A DNA stretch of 64,000 nt from Felis catus (Eukaryota): the NCBI RefSeq assembly GCF_018350175.1, contig NC_058370.1, forward strand, positions 90,644,001-90,708,000, in the 5' to 3' direction. Of this stretch, positions 1 to 12,379 are shown piece by piece. The notes under the pieces are model-generated. The model had not been told where the DNA came from and searched no databases. It was given only the letters and a program-made list of their open reading frames with translations. Made by a program: the position numbers and the translations under genes. How positions within the stretch are numbered: position 1 is the first letter of the stretch; each line of letters begins with the position of its first letter.

Positions 1-966
1 ATATTAAGCTCCTGTGGTTCAAACAGGGATTCCCAGCCTCCAAAGCCCAGAAACCACCCTGTAGAGCAGCAATGGAAAGGGCCACTGGTCACTCCCCATA
101 GAAAAGTGACTTGCAGATCAGACTTCATGGACCCAACCAGATCCTGGGACAGAAACCCCTGCCAGCTCAGGGACAAACCCTAAGGTCTGGGATATTCATT
201 CCTATTTTATTTGTGTCCTTTCTTTCTTTTCTCCCACACCTATTCCGGTCCTGGGCTCACACCTGAGTGAGCGCCCTACAGCTGTCCTTTGTAGGAAGAA
301 GGCAGCTCTGGAACAGTGGTTGCTCCACCAGTGGAGGCCCAACAAGGCAAGGGGATTCACAGCCCAGAGGCAGAGAAGCCCCACCACTCCTGAGGAGCTC
401 ACCATTCCTGAGGAACTTGCTTCTATGGGATTCTTCAAGTTTCTTCCCACAGTGCCAAGAAGTCCCTCCTGGGGTGTCCATTATGTCACCTTCTCTGTAG
501 ACCTCTGCACCTCCCACCATTTGTGCGAAGATCCTCTGTGCCTATTCTCTGGGGCAAGTGGAGCCTGCCATTGAGGTGCCCTAAACAGAGCTTGAGAGAC
601 CTAAGTTCCCTGGGCCAAAGATAATGGGGGTGAGGAACCCTCACCTGGCCGGAGGCACTAACCTGGCCTCCCAAAGATGGAGAAACACAGGGTCTTCTTG
701 GTAATGAGTTCCCTCCAGTGACCCCTCCCATCCCCCAGACACACACAGACACTTGCATAGTACCCTCATGGCAGCCTGAGCAACACAGCCCAATGGCCCA
801 CTGATTGGTCTAAGAACAGAGCTAGGCCACAGCAGAACACTGAGATGCCTCAGGATCTTGTTAATTGGTTATTAATGGTAGGAGGCGGAGGGAGGCCAAG
901 AGAGAACCTCATGGCTGGAGGCCCCAGTCCTCTGAACCATGCTGGTGGTTTGACTTAATCTGCCTT

Positions 967-1173
967 TATTTTTTTTATGTTTATTTATTTTTGAGAGACA
1001 GAGAGACAGACATGAAAAGGGGAGGGGCAGAGAGAGAGGGAGACACAGAATCCAAAGCAGGCTCCAGGCTCTGAGCTGTTAGCACAGAGCCTGACATGGG
1101 GCTCGAACTCACAAACTGTGAGATCATGACCTGAGCTGAAGTCTGACACTTAACTGAGCCACCCAGGTGCCCC
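967..1173 (-). mobile_element. Can-SINE (SINEC) tRNA-derived SINE
   Basis: Reverse-complement SINE body with (GA)n tract and T-rich tail; flanked by near-identical target-site duplication gacttaatctgc at ~952 and ~1175. Confidence 0.93.
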
Positions 1174-2379
1174 AGACTTAATCTGCTTTTAAAGAGGGTC
1201 CCAGGAAGCTGCAGGAACTGCCTAGCTCATGTCCCATGCCTGTCACCAAACAGACACTACAACCCTCCTCTGTGTAGCTTTTATGTCATCTCTTCCTCTG
1301 CTCTCAATTACTAGTATGTTTGTGAGGAGTGCCCTCTCTCCTGAAGGGCATTTGCCCTTTCTATCCCTCCCACCTATCTACCCCCCCCCCGCCCCTGCAA
1401 ACTGCAACCAGGCTCAGGTAATGGGGTTCGATGACAGAGGGGTTGAGAGGTCCCCATTTGGGGGATGAAAGAGAAGGCGAGACTAGTAAAGGGAGGAGGC
1501 CGCTGACAGCAGAGCCCTAAGGCTGTCCCAGCGGCCAGGGACTAGTCCAGACAAGGGGGGGGCCACAGGAGGGGACTTCTCCAGCAATGCCTCTGGAACC
1601 TGAGCTGGGGAGAAACCCGATCCCCATGTTGGGGGGAGGGTAGGAGGAGGGTGAATGATTAATGAGGGAGATTAAGAGATTAAACTTGGGTTCTGGGCTG
1701 GATGGGAAGGGGGTGCTGCATCAGTTGTCTTGTAGCCTTCACCCCCCATATACCCTCCACCCCCAAGGCCCAACCCTTCCTGTCCTGGACCTTCACAGAG
1801 TGATCCACAGACAGGCACCTTTCCGCAGCCCCCCTCCAACCCCCCCCCCCCCCCCCCGTTCTGATAGTCTTCCTTTCTCAGCATTCTCCAGCAACCCCTC
1901 CTGTCTCCCACCTCCACGGATTCCCCTTATTGTCCTTTCAGACATTTGGGGTCCTCTGCTCCTCCTCCTTGTAGAGATCCCCACATTCCGACTTTCACTC
2001 CCTGGGGAAGGAGCCTCCATTCTCCTTTAAGGATGCTTTCTCACACCTCTGCACATCATCTCTTTTCAGATTTCCCTTTCCTCGCCGTCCCTACCTTATC
2101 TTTCATTCCGTGACACTGCACCTCTCACCCACATTGCCCATCTCAGCCTCCCATCTAGCGGGTTCCTTTACCCAGCCCTCCACCCCCCAGATTGTTGCCT
2201 CTCTTGGCACAATCTTAGTTGTTCAGTAAACAACCTTTAGTATCCGAATTTCCCTCTCCACGCACTCCTTTGAATCCTGTGATTGGGGATCCTCCGAACA
2301 ACCCCCTCAGGGCAGTGGACAGATGAAGGCCGGTCTCGGAGAGGTGCCTGCCCACCCCTTTCCACCCTTAGGGAAGTCC

Positions 2380-3250
2380 GTTAGTGAGAGGGGGGTGGGC
2401 GTTGAGGGAGGAAACTCGCGGCCGAGGGGCGAGGGGCGGAGCGGCAGTCCGTCTCGCACACTTCAAGGGTTGTTTTCTCTTTCAGAAAACGTTGTTGAAT
2501 GAACCGACTCAGACACTTCCACTTTAGTTTCGTTTCTTCTAGGGCCTTGCTTGGATCCGTGAGCCCTTTCTGGCCCTTTCCGCCGGCTCATAAAGAGCTC
2601 TGGGGGCGTGCGAGCCGAGCTGGGGGAGCGGCGGGACACACACACAACACACACACGCACACCGAGACCCCCTGCTCCATTACCAGTGAAGTACCTTTTC
2701 CCTCCTTTCCCGCCCACCCCGGGCCGGGGACAGACTGCCCGGGCTAAGAGGGACCTGTTCTCTCCTGTGCCAAGGGCGGGCACAAATCTCGATGCTCCCT
2801 TCCCCCAGGTGAGAGTGGACCGCGGAAACGGAAGCGGCAGGGGCAATGGCCGGCTGGGCCCTGCCCGTGAGTACTGATGCCCCCGCTCCCTCCCACCACC
2901 GGTAGCACAGCGAGGTCAAGGGCGCCCGGGAGTGGGCCGGCTGCGCGCTGGGACTGCCCTGCGGCCGCCTCTTTGAAGACAAGGAGCGCGTTCTGGGTCG
3001 CGCAGCCCAAGAGAACCCTGGGCTTGATTCTGCACCCCCACCCCTCACCCCGTGGCGCAGATCGTGACCTGAGGGGCACAGGGTCTGTGTGGCGCAGAGC
3101 CCGCAGCTGGCCTGCATCAGCCACCTCGGGAGACTCACCACAGCTGCCTCTGCCACCACCGCTGACAGACAAAAAGAAGGTTCTGCTGGGCCCCTGGCGA
3201 GGCCGCCACTGGGCCGCCATCCCAGATCCTGTCCTGAGCACCTTCTACTG
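2380..3250. promoter_or_regulatory. CpG-rich island; by synteny the LBX2 upstream/alternative promoter or LBX2-AS1-like region
   Basis: High CpG density, GC box ggggcggag at ~2433; identity inferred only from gene order next to the PCGF1 3' end, no LBX2 homeobox is visible in the window. Confidence 0.5.
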
Positions 3251-3494
3251 CTCCTTGGCCTCAAACCATGCATGCCTTGTCAAAAGCCTCATCCTGAGGC
3301 TTGGTCCCTAAGTCAGCCTTATCTTCTGACTGGGCCTTTTTGACGCCAAGCTCCTGCGTCAAAAGCTCCCAAGCTACTCCCCAACTCCTCCTGCAGCCAC
3401 TTAGGACCTGAAAAGTCCCCAGGAATGTTTCTACCTCCTTCCCCCCAAGTCCAAACCTCTCCCTGGTGAGTCATTCCTTGAAAATGCCCTTTCA

Positions 3495-3693
3495 GGGGTG
3501 GCTCAGTTGGTTTAGCCTCGACTCTTGATTTAGGCTCGGGCCGTGATCCCATAGTCGGTGAGATGAAGCCCCACTTGTGGCTCCTCGCTGTCAGCCCAGA
3601 GCCTGCTTGGGATTCTCTCTACCTCTCTCTGCCCCTCTTCCTGTTTTGCAAGCATGCTCTGTCTCTCAAAATAAACATTAAAAAAAAGAAAAG
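3495..3693 (+). mobile_element. Can-SINE, older diverged copy
   Basis: gggtggctcagttggtt head, (CT)n, A-tail; TSD gaaaatgcccttt on both sides. Confidence 0.9.
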
Positions 3694-4838
3694 AAAATGC
3701 CCTTTCACCAACAAACTCTTTGAGAACAGCCTCAGTGTGGCTGCTTGAGTGGGCATGGAGTCCCCGGAAGAGACGGGGGGAGCCCTGAGATAGATATAAT
3801 GAATCCCAAATCCCTAGATATATGTTGGTGTAGAGGCTGATGCAAAGGAATGGAAAACCCCGGGTCCTGGCAGAGAGAGGGTTTTCTGGAGGAAGTGACA
3901 CTTGGACCTTGAAAAGACAGCTGAGAATGGGCATAGGGGGACAAGCATTCCAGGCATGCAGCTCGAAACATGGGAGGCATGGGGAACCTTGGAGATTCTG
4001 TCAGGGTGGTTGTTCTGCAATGTCACCACCCTCTTGCTTGTTGCCTGCCCCTCACACCTGACGGCTCTTGCTTTCTGCAGCCTCCCCACATTATGCTTTT
4101 CTCATGGTCTACAAGTTTCACCTGTGTGGAGGGAAGCCCAGGCCCACCGTGCACTGGTTGCTATGCCCAGTCCCTTTAACCCCCGCCCCAGTCTCAGGCT
4201 CTCTCAGCCAGTTCAGACCTCCTTCACTGTACACCTCCTCCCAAGTCTTCTGCCACCTCATCTCTATCCCTGGGAGCTCCGTGCCTTCAGCCCTCACCAG
4301 CTAGGCACAATGACCCCTTTGAACTCATGGGAGTCAGACTTAGGCCAGTGTAAGATTTAGGTTTCAACTTGAGTTCTGGCCACAATTTATGCTGCTTGCT
4401 CCCTCCCACTTGTCCCAGATTCAGCCACAGCCTGTTAGCTTCCTTCAGGAACTTGCTTTCTCCTCCATCTGTTATTGGCCCAGTCAGGCAAGTTTCTGAC
4501 TACCCCACTAAGAGGTCATAGAACAGGAAGACTAGCTAAGTTTGTTTCCAGAGCCTAAGGCTCATGGCTGGGCTCCTATAAAAAAGGGATGTTTGCTGAA
4601 TTAATCAAGGGAGTTAACAGCCTTGCTGCTTCCCTCTTGTTACTTGAAGCTGCCTTTGCTCTGCTGGACACTAGTTCCCTCTCCTCATCCTTACTTCACC
4701 TAGTCCGGGTACCTGAAGGACAACCATGTCTCCAACTCAACACCCTTGTTCTGTGTCCCACCCCGCAATTTTTTTTTTTTTCCGATTCCTTCCATAGTGC
4801 AATTCTTTGATTTTTTTTCCTTTAAAATAGCACTCTTC

Positions 4839-5063
4839 GGGGCGCCTGGGTGGCACAGTCGGTTAAGCGTCCGACTTCAGCCAGGTCATGATCTCGTGGT
4901 CCGTGAGTTCGAGCCCCGCGTCAGGCTCTGGGCTGATGGTTCAGAGCCTGGAGCCTGTTTCCGATTCTGTGTCTCCCTCTCTCTCTGCCCCTCCCCCGTT
5001 CATGCTCTGTCTCTCTCTGTCCCAAAAATAAATAAACGTTGAAAAAAAATTAAAAAAAATAAA
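4839..5063 (+). mobile_element. SINEC_Fc-type feline SINE, young copy
   Basis: ggggcgcctgggtggcacagtcggttaagcgtccgacttcagccagg head, (CT)n, A-tail; TSD aaaatagcactcttc. Confidence 0.95.
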
Positions 5064-5206
5064 ATAGCACTCTTCTTCAGTCCTTCAGTGGCCACTGTCC
5101 AACCCTAGCCCTACTCTTGAATCAAGACACCTCCACTCAAGTTTGTAGCATATGCTGCAACACTCAAGTAGAGTGACAGCTCCCCTCCAGAAAGCCTTCC
5201 CTACCT

Positions 5207-5250
5207 ACACACACACGCGCACACACACGCACACACACACACACACACAC
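5207..5250. repeat. (CA)n microsatellite, interrupted
   Basis: Directly visible. Confidence 0.95.
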
Positions 5251-5708
5251 CCCACACAAGAGCTGGTATGGGTAGCCTGGTTCCACTTAGCTCACCTTCT
5301 GAATTTTACATGTATAGAGTCCTCTACCCTTCTTCTTTGGCAATTCACTGAGGGGCAAGGGACAGAGAGAGGCCCTCTTTCATGATGAAACTCAGAGGAA
5401 TTCTAAGGGAAGCAGGACACAGAACAAAGCACGCATAGGTGGAAGGAAGAGAAAAGATGCTTTTTTAAAGTTTTTATTTCAAAAAATANNNNNNNNNNNN
5501 NNNNNNNNNNNNNNNNNNNNNNNNNNNNNNNNNNNNNNNNNNNNNNNNNNNNNNNNNNNNNNNNNNNNNNNNNNNNNNNNNNNNNNNNNNNNNNNNNNNN
5601 NNNNNNNNNNNNNNNNNNNNNNNNNNNNAGCAGTCGGTGGGAGCATTCTTACTCAAAAGGCCCCCTCAGCACATCCCTGCCCTGAGGACTGCCTCGGCCC
5701 TGGCTCAC

Positions 5709-7212
5709 CTTGCCGAACCAGCGGGAGAGCCATATCTGCTTCATGGTCATGTGATCTGGGAGAACTTCATTGTCAAAAAGGAGCTGTACCTAGGAGGGAG
5801 ATGGGGACAGTTTTAGAAACCCCTCTCTCATGCAGGTCAAGAACTGCCCTGGTCCACTACAGACTCTGTGAACTCCCTTTGAGCTCCTCCCTTTCCCCCA
5901 AACACTGGCTGTGGGAATACTCACATGCTGGGGATTTAGCATTAAGCGGTGACATAGGACCCTTCGGAGATGACGAACTTCAGCTCTAACAGAACATCGA
6001 ACATATTTGTTCTGGGGATAGGGAGGGCAGGCAAGAGGACAAGGTGTGTGAGGGAGGGGCAATGGGGAGGTGAGTCCTCAGAGAGGCCCTCCCCTCAGCC
6101 CCTCTCACCTGCAGGATGCTTTTATTCTTGTCCTTCCCAGAACTAGGAGGGAAACAGACACAGGTTAGGAGCCCTATCTTTCCCCCTGTCCCTCACCAAG
6201 AGCCATGGTATACTCTCTTCAAGGGAAGAGATACTCCCCCTCACTGCTCACCCTCTCACCAAGCCCCTCCCAGGTTTTGGGTCACTGACATTGTCACATC
6301 AGACAATTCAGGACCTGACCCTTACCTCAGGCGCTCCAGGCATAGACTCAGCTGCTCATCATATCGATAGTAGTGGGCTTTAGAGTGGTCGAAGCTGCTG
6401 AAAGGGAGGCCGAGGTTGCTCAGGGCTGGCTCTAAGAAAGAGAAGTGAGGAGAGTGGCACAGATTCCATACTCCTTTTTCCCCAGAGAGAAAAACTGGGC
6501 AGGAGAAATGCTCTGGGGGGGTTTACCTTACCCTCCTGCTGCCAAGGGACATACCTTCCCCACTGGGCTGGGTGACCCGGTCCAAGCCTCGGGACTGGTA
6601 GAATTCTCGAATCCGTTTCTCTTCACCTAGAAGGGAGGGGGGGTGTGGGAAGTAAATATTAGCCCTCCCTCATACTTTGTCCCTCTCCGGCTGTCAACCT
6701 CTTTACCTACATGATTCCCACCAAAGCCTTTGTCATCTCAAGCTGCCACCCAGCATCAGTCCTCCAGAGACCCCTCAAAGTGAGGTTGGTCACTCACTGT
6801 CTTGTAAGCCAGGCACTAGCTTGTACACGATGTCCTGCATGACCCGGTCCAGTTTGAGGTTGAGCAGTGGCTGTGTCTCGTGGATCTTGATGTTGCACAT
6901 GGGGCAGTACTTACTGGTTTGGAGATACTTCACAATACAACTCTTGCAGACTGCAGGAAGGAAAAAGCAGACTCTTAGTCTCTCTGGGAATGGGATTCAC
7001 GGGCTGGGTGGGGTGTCTGGGTGGTTGGGGCAGGCGGCCAAAAGCCTGGCAACTAGCTTGGTGGAGACTAGGGCCTGAAGGACCAGACAGAGTCCAGGGC
7101 ACTCACAAGTATGAAGACACTCTGTGATGGTGGTGGCATCCACGAAGTAGCCGGCGCACAGACAGCAGACGATGTGTTCATTCAGGTCTTTGATCTTTAC
7201 TCGGACCTCCTC
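5709..7212 (-). CDS. PCGF1: Polycomb group RING finger 1 (PRC1.1); exons 2-8 visible, exons 1 and 9 presumably in the N-runs 7626-7757 and 5489-5628
   Basis: Exons 7107-7212, 6798-6950, 6555-6626, 6326-6431, 6109-6142, 5925-6011, 5709-5789, all GT-AG. RING: [48 protein letters not shown]: [56 protein letters not shown]. Minus-strand AATAAA at 5473-5478. Confidence 0.97.
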
Positions 7213-7249
7213 CTGCGGACACACCGCCCGTCACCAACCATTCCCTCCA

Positions 7250-8560
7250 ACGCCAAATCATACGCCTTCCCAGCTGCGAAAATGCCTCTTTCATCACACT
7301 CCAAGGCCAAGCCTCGCACCCTGCACGATCCGCAAGGGATTAGCTCCCGGGAGCTGACACTCCCCCTCCGCCCAGCAGGGGGCTCCGCGCACAGCGGGGG
7401 CTCCCTTCCCGTGGACTCGCCCGACCTTCCTTTCCCAGGGGAGACTACACGACGTGGGCGGCACAATGCGCAAGCGTCCTAGCTCGGAGTTTGGCAACCC
7501 GATCGCAATCGCGCAGGCGCATTGGGCACCCTGTCTCTGCGCAGGCGCACTGGGCGCCGGGCCAGCCACCGCCCGTCCTCTAGCCGGCCCCAGTTCGCAC
7601 CGCTAGCCGACCACAGCAGTAACCCNNNNNNNNNNNNNNNNNNNNNNNNNNNNNNNNNNNNNNNNNNNNNNNNNNNNNNNNNNNNNNNNNNNNNNNNNNN
7701 NNNNNNNNNNNNNNNNNNNNNNNNNNNNNNNNNNNNNNNNNNNNNNNNNNNNNNNNNCTTCCGGTGCCGCCTGCGGGGCGGGACTTGTCGCCCAGCAACG
7801 AGGGCTTAGGTCTTTTCGGATTCGTTGACCCTCTGTAAGGCCCCGCCCATGTCCCTTTCTCCCCGTGTGCTCACCTGAGCCTCACTGGCCCCTCCCCCTC
7901 CTCAATCCGTAATTAGGGAGTGGGGGGGCGTGGGGAGGGGGTCCTATCTCATTGACCTCTTGTAGTAATCATCATAATAGACCCTACTCGACCGCGGGAC
8001 TAACTTTTGGAGCCTGAAAAGACTATCCCCTTCTACCCCAAAGGGCCCGGCGGTCTCTGCCAGCCGCCGCTTAGGGTCGTCTATCTCCTGTGACCACGAC
8101 CCCGCTAAAGAAGCCCCTCCAGGGTCATCTCCTCATAAAGTCGCCCTCGTCGGCTGACGCGTACGCGTTACGGAGCTTCATCTGGATGGCAGGCCTTCTC
8201 CCGGCTCCCGGCGGGATTTTCTCGGGGCTTTGCGGAGTCTCGGGGCTTTGCGGAGAGGGTGGCGGAGAGGGTGGCGGGGAGGGAGGGACCCCCAGGGACT
8301 TGGTAGTGATCTTATTCCGTCCCCCGCCCCCCCACCATCCTCCCCTGCCGCCGGGGCTTGTGGTGGCGGCGAGTGTGTGTGGGGGGGCAGACCCTGGTTA
8401 ATGATGATGATTCAATCATCGGCGCCTGCGGAGGCCTGGGACAGACTAATGCAGAGCAGATGCCGAAGGAGGAGGGGAGGAGGACTAGGACACTACCGCA
8501 CATAGACACGCTGAAGCAGCGAGCGCCTGCAGTAGCATAGGCCCAGTCCCGTACTTGGAG
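7250..8560. promoter_or_regulatory. PCGF1 CpG-island promoter
   Basis: CpG-rich; NRF1-like gcgcaggcgca at ~7511 and ~7539, ETS cttccggt at 7758, GC box ggggcggga at ~7775. Confidence 0.8.
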
Positions 8561-9039
8561 AGGACGCAGGAGCTCTAGACCGTGTGCACTGCCATCCTTA
8601 GGTACTTCCAGTGGGATTAAAAACAAAGGATAAGTTTACTGTGAAGTATTAGCGTCAAGTGCAGTTGGAGAATCAAGGGAGAGACCCCAATGGAGACCAC
8701 CAAAGGCTTTCTGGAAGAAGTGGGACTTTGGGTGGTCACAGTTCAGAGAATGGGGGTGGGGTGCCTGGATAAGAAGTGTGGTGGAAATAGAAAAGAAAGG
8801 CAGATTCGAAGGGATTGCCCAGGGAGAGGGATAGGAAAGAGGCAGAGGTGTGGATGTGGGAGTAGTGATAGAAACAGGGCCTAATGGAGCTGGGACTTTA
8901 GCCTGAGGGCAATAGGGAGCTAGCAGACCTTTTTTTTTGAAGGGAGGGAATTATTCTATGAAAGAAATATTTTGCTCATTTATCTTCTAGTAAATTGGAG
9001 TGGATAAAGCAGCAAAAAGTGATGAGATTAGTGATTTTT

Positions 9040-9820
9040 TTAATTAACCCCTTCTCACTACATCCACTGCTTACCTCCCTGGTCCAAGATACCATCATCT
9101 GTCCTCTGGATGATTGATTGCAGTGGCTTCTTGCCTGCTTTCCTTGCTTCCACGTTTCCATATGAATAAAAAAGGATATAAGTTAAGTTTTTGAGTTGAT
9201 GGATATGTTTATTATCTGTGGTGGTTTCATGTGTGTATACATACACTTTTGTACACTTTAAATATGTGCAGTTTATTGTATGTTAGTTTTACCCTAAGAA
9301 ACCTGTTAAAAATAAAACTAAAAAATCAGGTGTCTTTTCCTTAAAATTCCAATAGCTTTCTTTTTCAGAATAAAAGCCCAAGTCCTTACAATCCTTCAAG
9401 GCTTTGCATGGTCTCTCCAAATCACTCAGTCTCTCCAGCCATGCTGGACCCCTCACTGTTTGTTGCACAGATAACACCAAGATATACTTGGCATTATCCC
9501 CAACTTGAAATGCTCAGATGTCCAAATGGCTCCTTTCTTCCAGGTCTTTACTCTGTGAGGCCTTCTGTGATCACTTTAGATAAATCACAACCCCCACCCT
9601 TTCACTCCTCCCCTTTCTTTGCTTTTTTTCCTTCTTCTTCTTAGCATTTATTGTTATTCAATATATATCGTCTTTTGTTTTACCTGCCTCCCCCATTAGA
9701 ACATAAGCTTTGTTGTGGCAGGATTTTTTTTTTTTCCTGTTATGTCTGCAGCTATATCTCCAGTGTCTGGTGCATGGTAGGTGTTCACTCAAAAATTTCT
9801 AGATTAACAAATGAATGGAT
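9040..9820 (+). mobile_element. Ancient LINE-2 3' fragment(s)
   Basis: L2-like text (gccaccatcatct-like, aagtccttacaatccttcaaggc, 3' end ...tgcatggtaggtgttcactcaaaaattt...aatgaatgga); boundaries approximate. Confidence 0.6.
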
Positions 9821-10401
9821 ATAGGTGGTGCTGGTGATGGCCTAGATTAGGGTTTTATCAGTGGAAATGGAAAGGAAGGGCTGTATCTGAAATATTTCCA
9901 AAGAAAGCATTATAGGAGGGAGTGAGCGGGGAGCTTGCAAGGGGAGCATGTCCCCCAGCCTGGTGGACTTTAAGGTGGCTGCAGCAAAGGCAAGCAGAAC
10001 TGGCCAGAAGGTTAGGACAGAAAGGCTGGAACACAACAAGTGTCAGAGCCAAGGATGGAGATCTCTGAGTTTTCTGGGTGGATATAATAGGTGGGACTGT
10101 TAGAATGGGTGAAACCTGAGCAGATGTAGAGAGAGGGAAAGCTGAAGTCAGAGATCTGAGAATGCCCAGTCTTCAGTGGAAAAACCAAAGTCAGTGGAGA
10201 AAAAACATAAGCATTGATTATGAAAATCTAAAGAAGTAGACTAAGACAATATTACATAAACCAAAAGGGACATTTCAAGAAACAGTTGGTGAGCCAGAGA
10301 GTAAAACATGTCAGAGAAGTCCTCAATATGGACATGGGAGCTCTTTGAAAAAGAGTGTAGTGAAACCAGGTTGTGGTGAGTTAAAAGAATAAATGATGAG
10401 G

Positions 10402-10520
10402 AGGTGCCTGGCTGGGTCAGTTGATGGTAGAACATGTGACTCTTGATATTGGGGTTGTAAGTTCGGGCCCCACGTTGAGCACACAGATTAGTTTAAAAAT
10501 AAGTAAAAAAATTTTTAAAA
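10402..10520 (+). mobile_element. Short older Can-SINE
   Basis: ggtgcctggctgggtcagttg...gttcgggccccacgttgagc...A-tail. Confidence 0.75.
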
Positions 10521-10531
10521 AGAAATGGTGA

Positions 10532-10760
10532 GGGGGCGCCTGGGTGGCGCAGTCGGTTAAGCGTCCGACTTCAGCCAGGTCACGATCTCGCGGTCCGTGA
10601 GTTCGAGCCCCGCGTCAGGCTCTGGGCCGATGGCTCGGAGCCTGGAGCCTGTTTCCGACTCTGTGTCTCCCTCTCTCTCTCTGCCCCTCCCCCGTTCATG
10701 CTCTGTCTCTCTCTGTCCCAAAAATAAATAAAAAACGTTGAAGAAAAAAAAAAAAAGAAA
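10532..10760 (+). mobile_element. SINEC_Fc, young copy
   Basis: Near-consensus CpG-rich body; TSD aaaagaaatggtgagg. Confidence 0.95.
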
Positions 10761-12379
10761 TGGTGAGGAAGTGGAGGCAGTGGGTATGTGGTGGGGTGGA
10801 CAAGGAAAAAGAAAAACAGAATCTCTCTTGGAGATAAAAATCTCTCTTGTACAGATAAAAGAGACCTAAAACAGCAGGGGGTAGGAAGGACTAAGCTAAT
10901 GACAGAAATGATGATACAGGAGTGGGGACCATCTCCTGGGAAAGACACTGCACAAAAAGCAGAAAGGAAGAAAAGGCACAGGCTGAGAATGTGCCTCTTC
11001 CTGTGAAGCTGCAAGCTTAAAGGCTTGACAACTTGAAGAATTAGGGACCACCTGCATGCATGTAGGACATGGGGAGATGGATGCAAAGCAGTGTGTATGG
11101 GAGGTGGGAGTTCTGACCTCAGGGCCTCCATCCTAGATATAAACTCAAAGGAACCACTTTTCCCAGAGAATTGGGATCAGAGAGGTGGAGGCAAGCAGAG
11201 AAATTCCTAGGACTGTGGCTGACAGAATTGGATACCCATTGTTTCTGAAGTGAGGCAGTAATTTTTTTTTTTTGTAACTCCCCAGAAGATATGTATATAT
11301 TACTGGGTTGGTGACCATTCCCCTGCCCAAGAATCGTTTGGGCCATCTCTGGGAGGCAGTGCCATCCATCTGTGCTGACCTCAAAAGGCAGGATGAACAG
11401 TCAGCAGGTATACAGGTCTGCACGATGTTGCCTCTTCCTCTCTGACTGATTCATTCAAGAAGGATTTATTCAGCTTGATTGTAGACACATTAGTGCCCAC
11501 CCTTTCCTCAGAGGCCCACCCCCTAGAGTGGGTAAAGGGACTGCCAGATTCCTAACCTGCAGGCCAGTTCCTCTCAGAGTCTTTACTTTGCTGGCTCCCT
11601 AGGCTCTCTGTTTTCGTTCAGGGGATCCAGCCCAAGCTGTCTCGGTGGTTTTCCCTGGACAGCAGAACTTTCATGCTCCCTAGTTGCCCCATCTCTCTAC
11701 TGCTGACAAAGGGTGCTAGGGGAGGTGATAATGGCTGTCTTTTCCACTAAGATAACAACACAGCTGCCAAATTGGCAGGATCCTCTGCCCACCTTTCAGA
11801 AGGGGCTGTTGGCAGGGTGGGGAAAGGACTGAAGAAACTGCATAGTGGAAGTGGACAAGAAATTGGGGGAGGATGTTACATATTATTAATGCCAACTGCC
11901 TGCCTCCCGCCATGGTCCACTCCCTTCAGATTGAGGCTTCTGAGAACACCAGGGCCTGGTGGCTTTAGTGGGGGAAAATCCACTCCCTTTTTTCTCTTCT
12001 TTATCTTCCTGCCCAGATGCCCAAATATCATTCCTAATTCCCTGGAGAGAAAAGACCCCTCATCCTGCCTCAGGCACTGGGCTGCAGCCCATCTGCTGGG
12101 GAGAAAGGAGGGGCAGAGTCTTTTACCAGGAGATCCTGGAGAATCAACTGAAAGATCCGTGCTCTCAGGGAAGCCCGTTTACTAGACTTAGAAGGCATTT
12201 CGGCTTACACGGGTAACCGGCAGCCTGGAGCTTGGAGTGGAGCATCCAGAGTGGGCTGGAGTCTAGGGGCTAGGGCTGGCACAGCAGGGCGGGGTCCTTT
12301 GGCCACCACGTGTCCAAGGCAGACCAAGCGGCTCATCGGTGCCCACCCGCCGCAGAATGGTAGGAACACCCCCCTCCTT

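Noticed and set aside
2680-3311. 144-197 aa ORFs in the CpG island
   Set aside because: GC-rich stop-poor sequence, no recognisable domain or LBX2 homeobox
4839-4925. tRNA-like A/B boxes
   Set aside because: Heads of tRNA-derived SINEs, not tRNA genes
5489-7757. PCGF1 as a truncated pseudogene
   Set aside because: Missing first and last exons coincide with N-runs; all visible exons are intact
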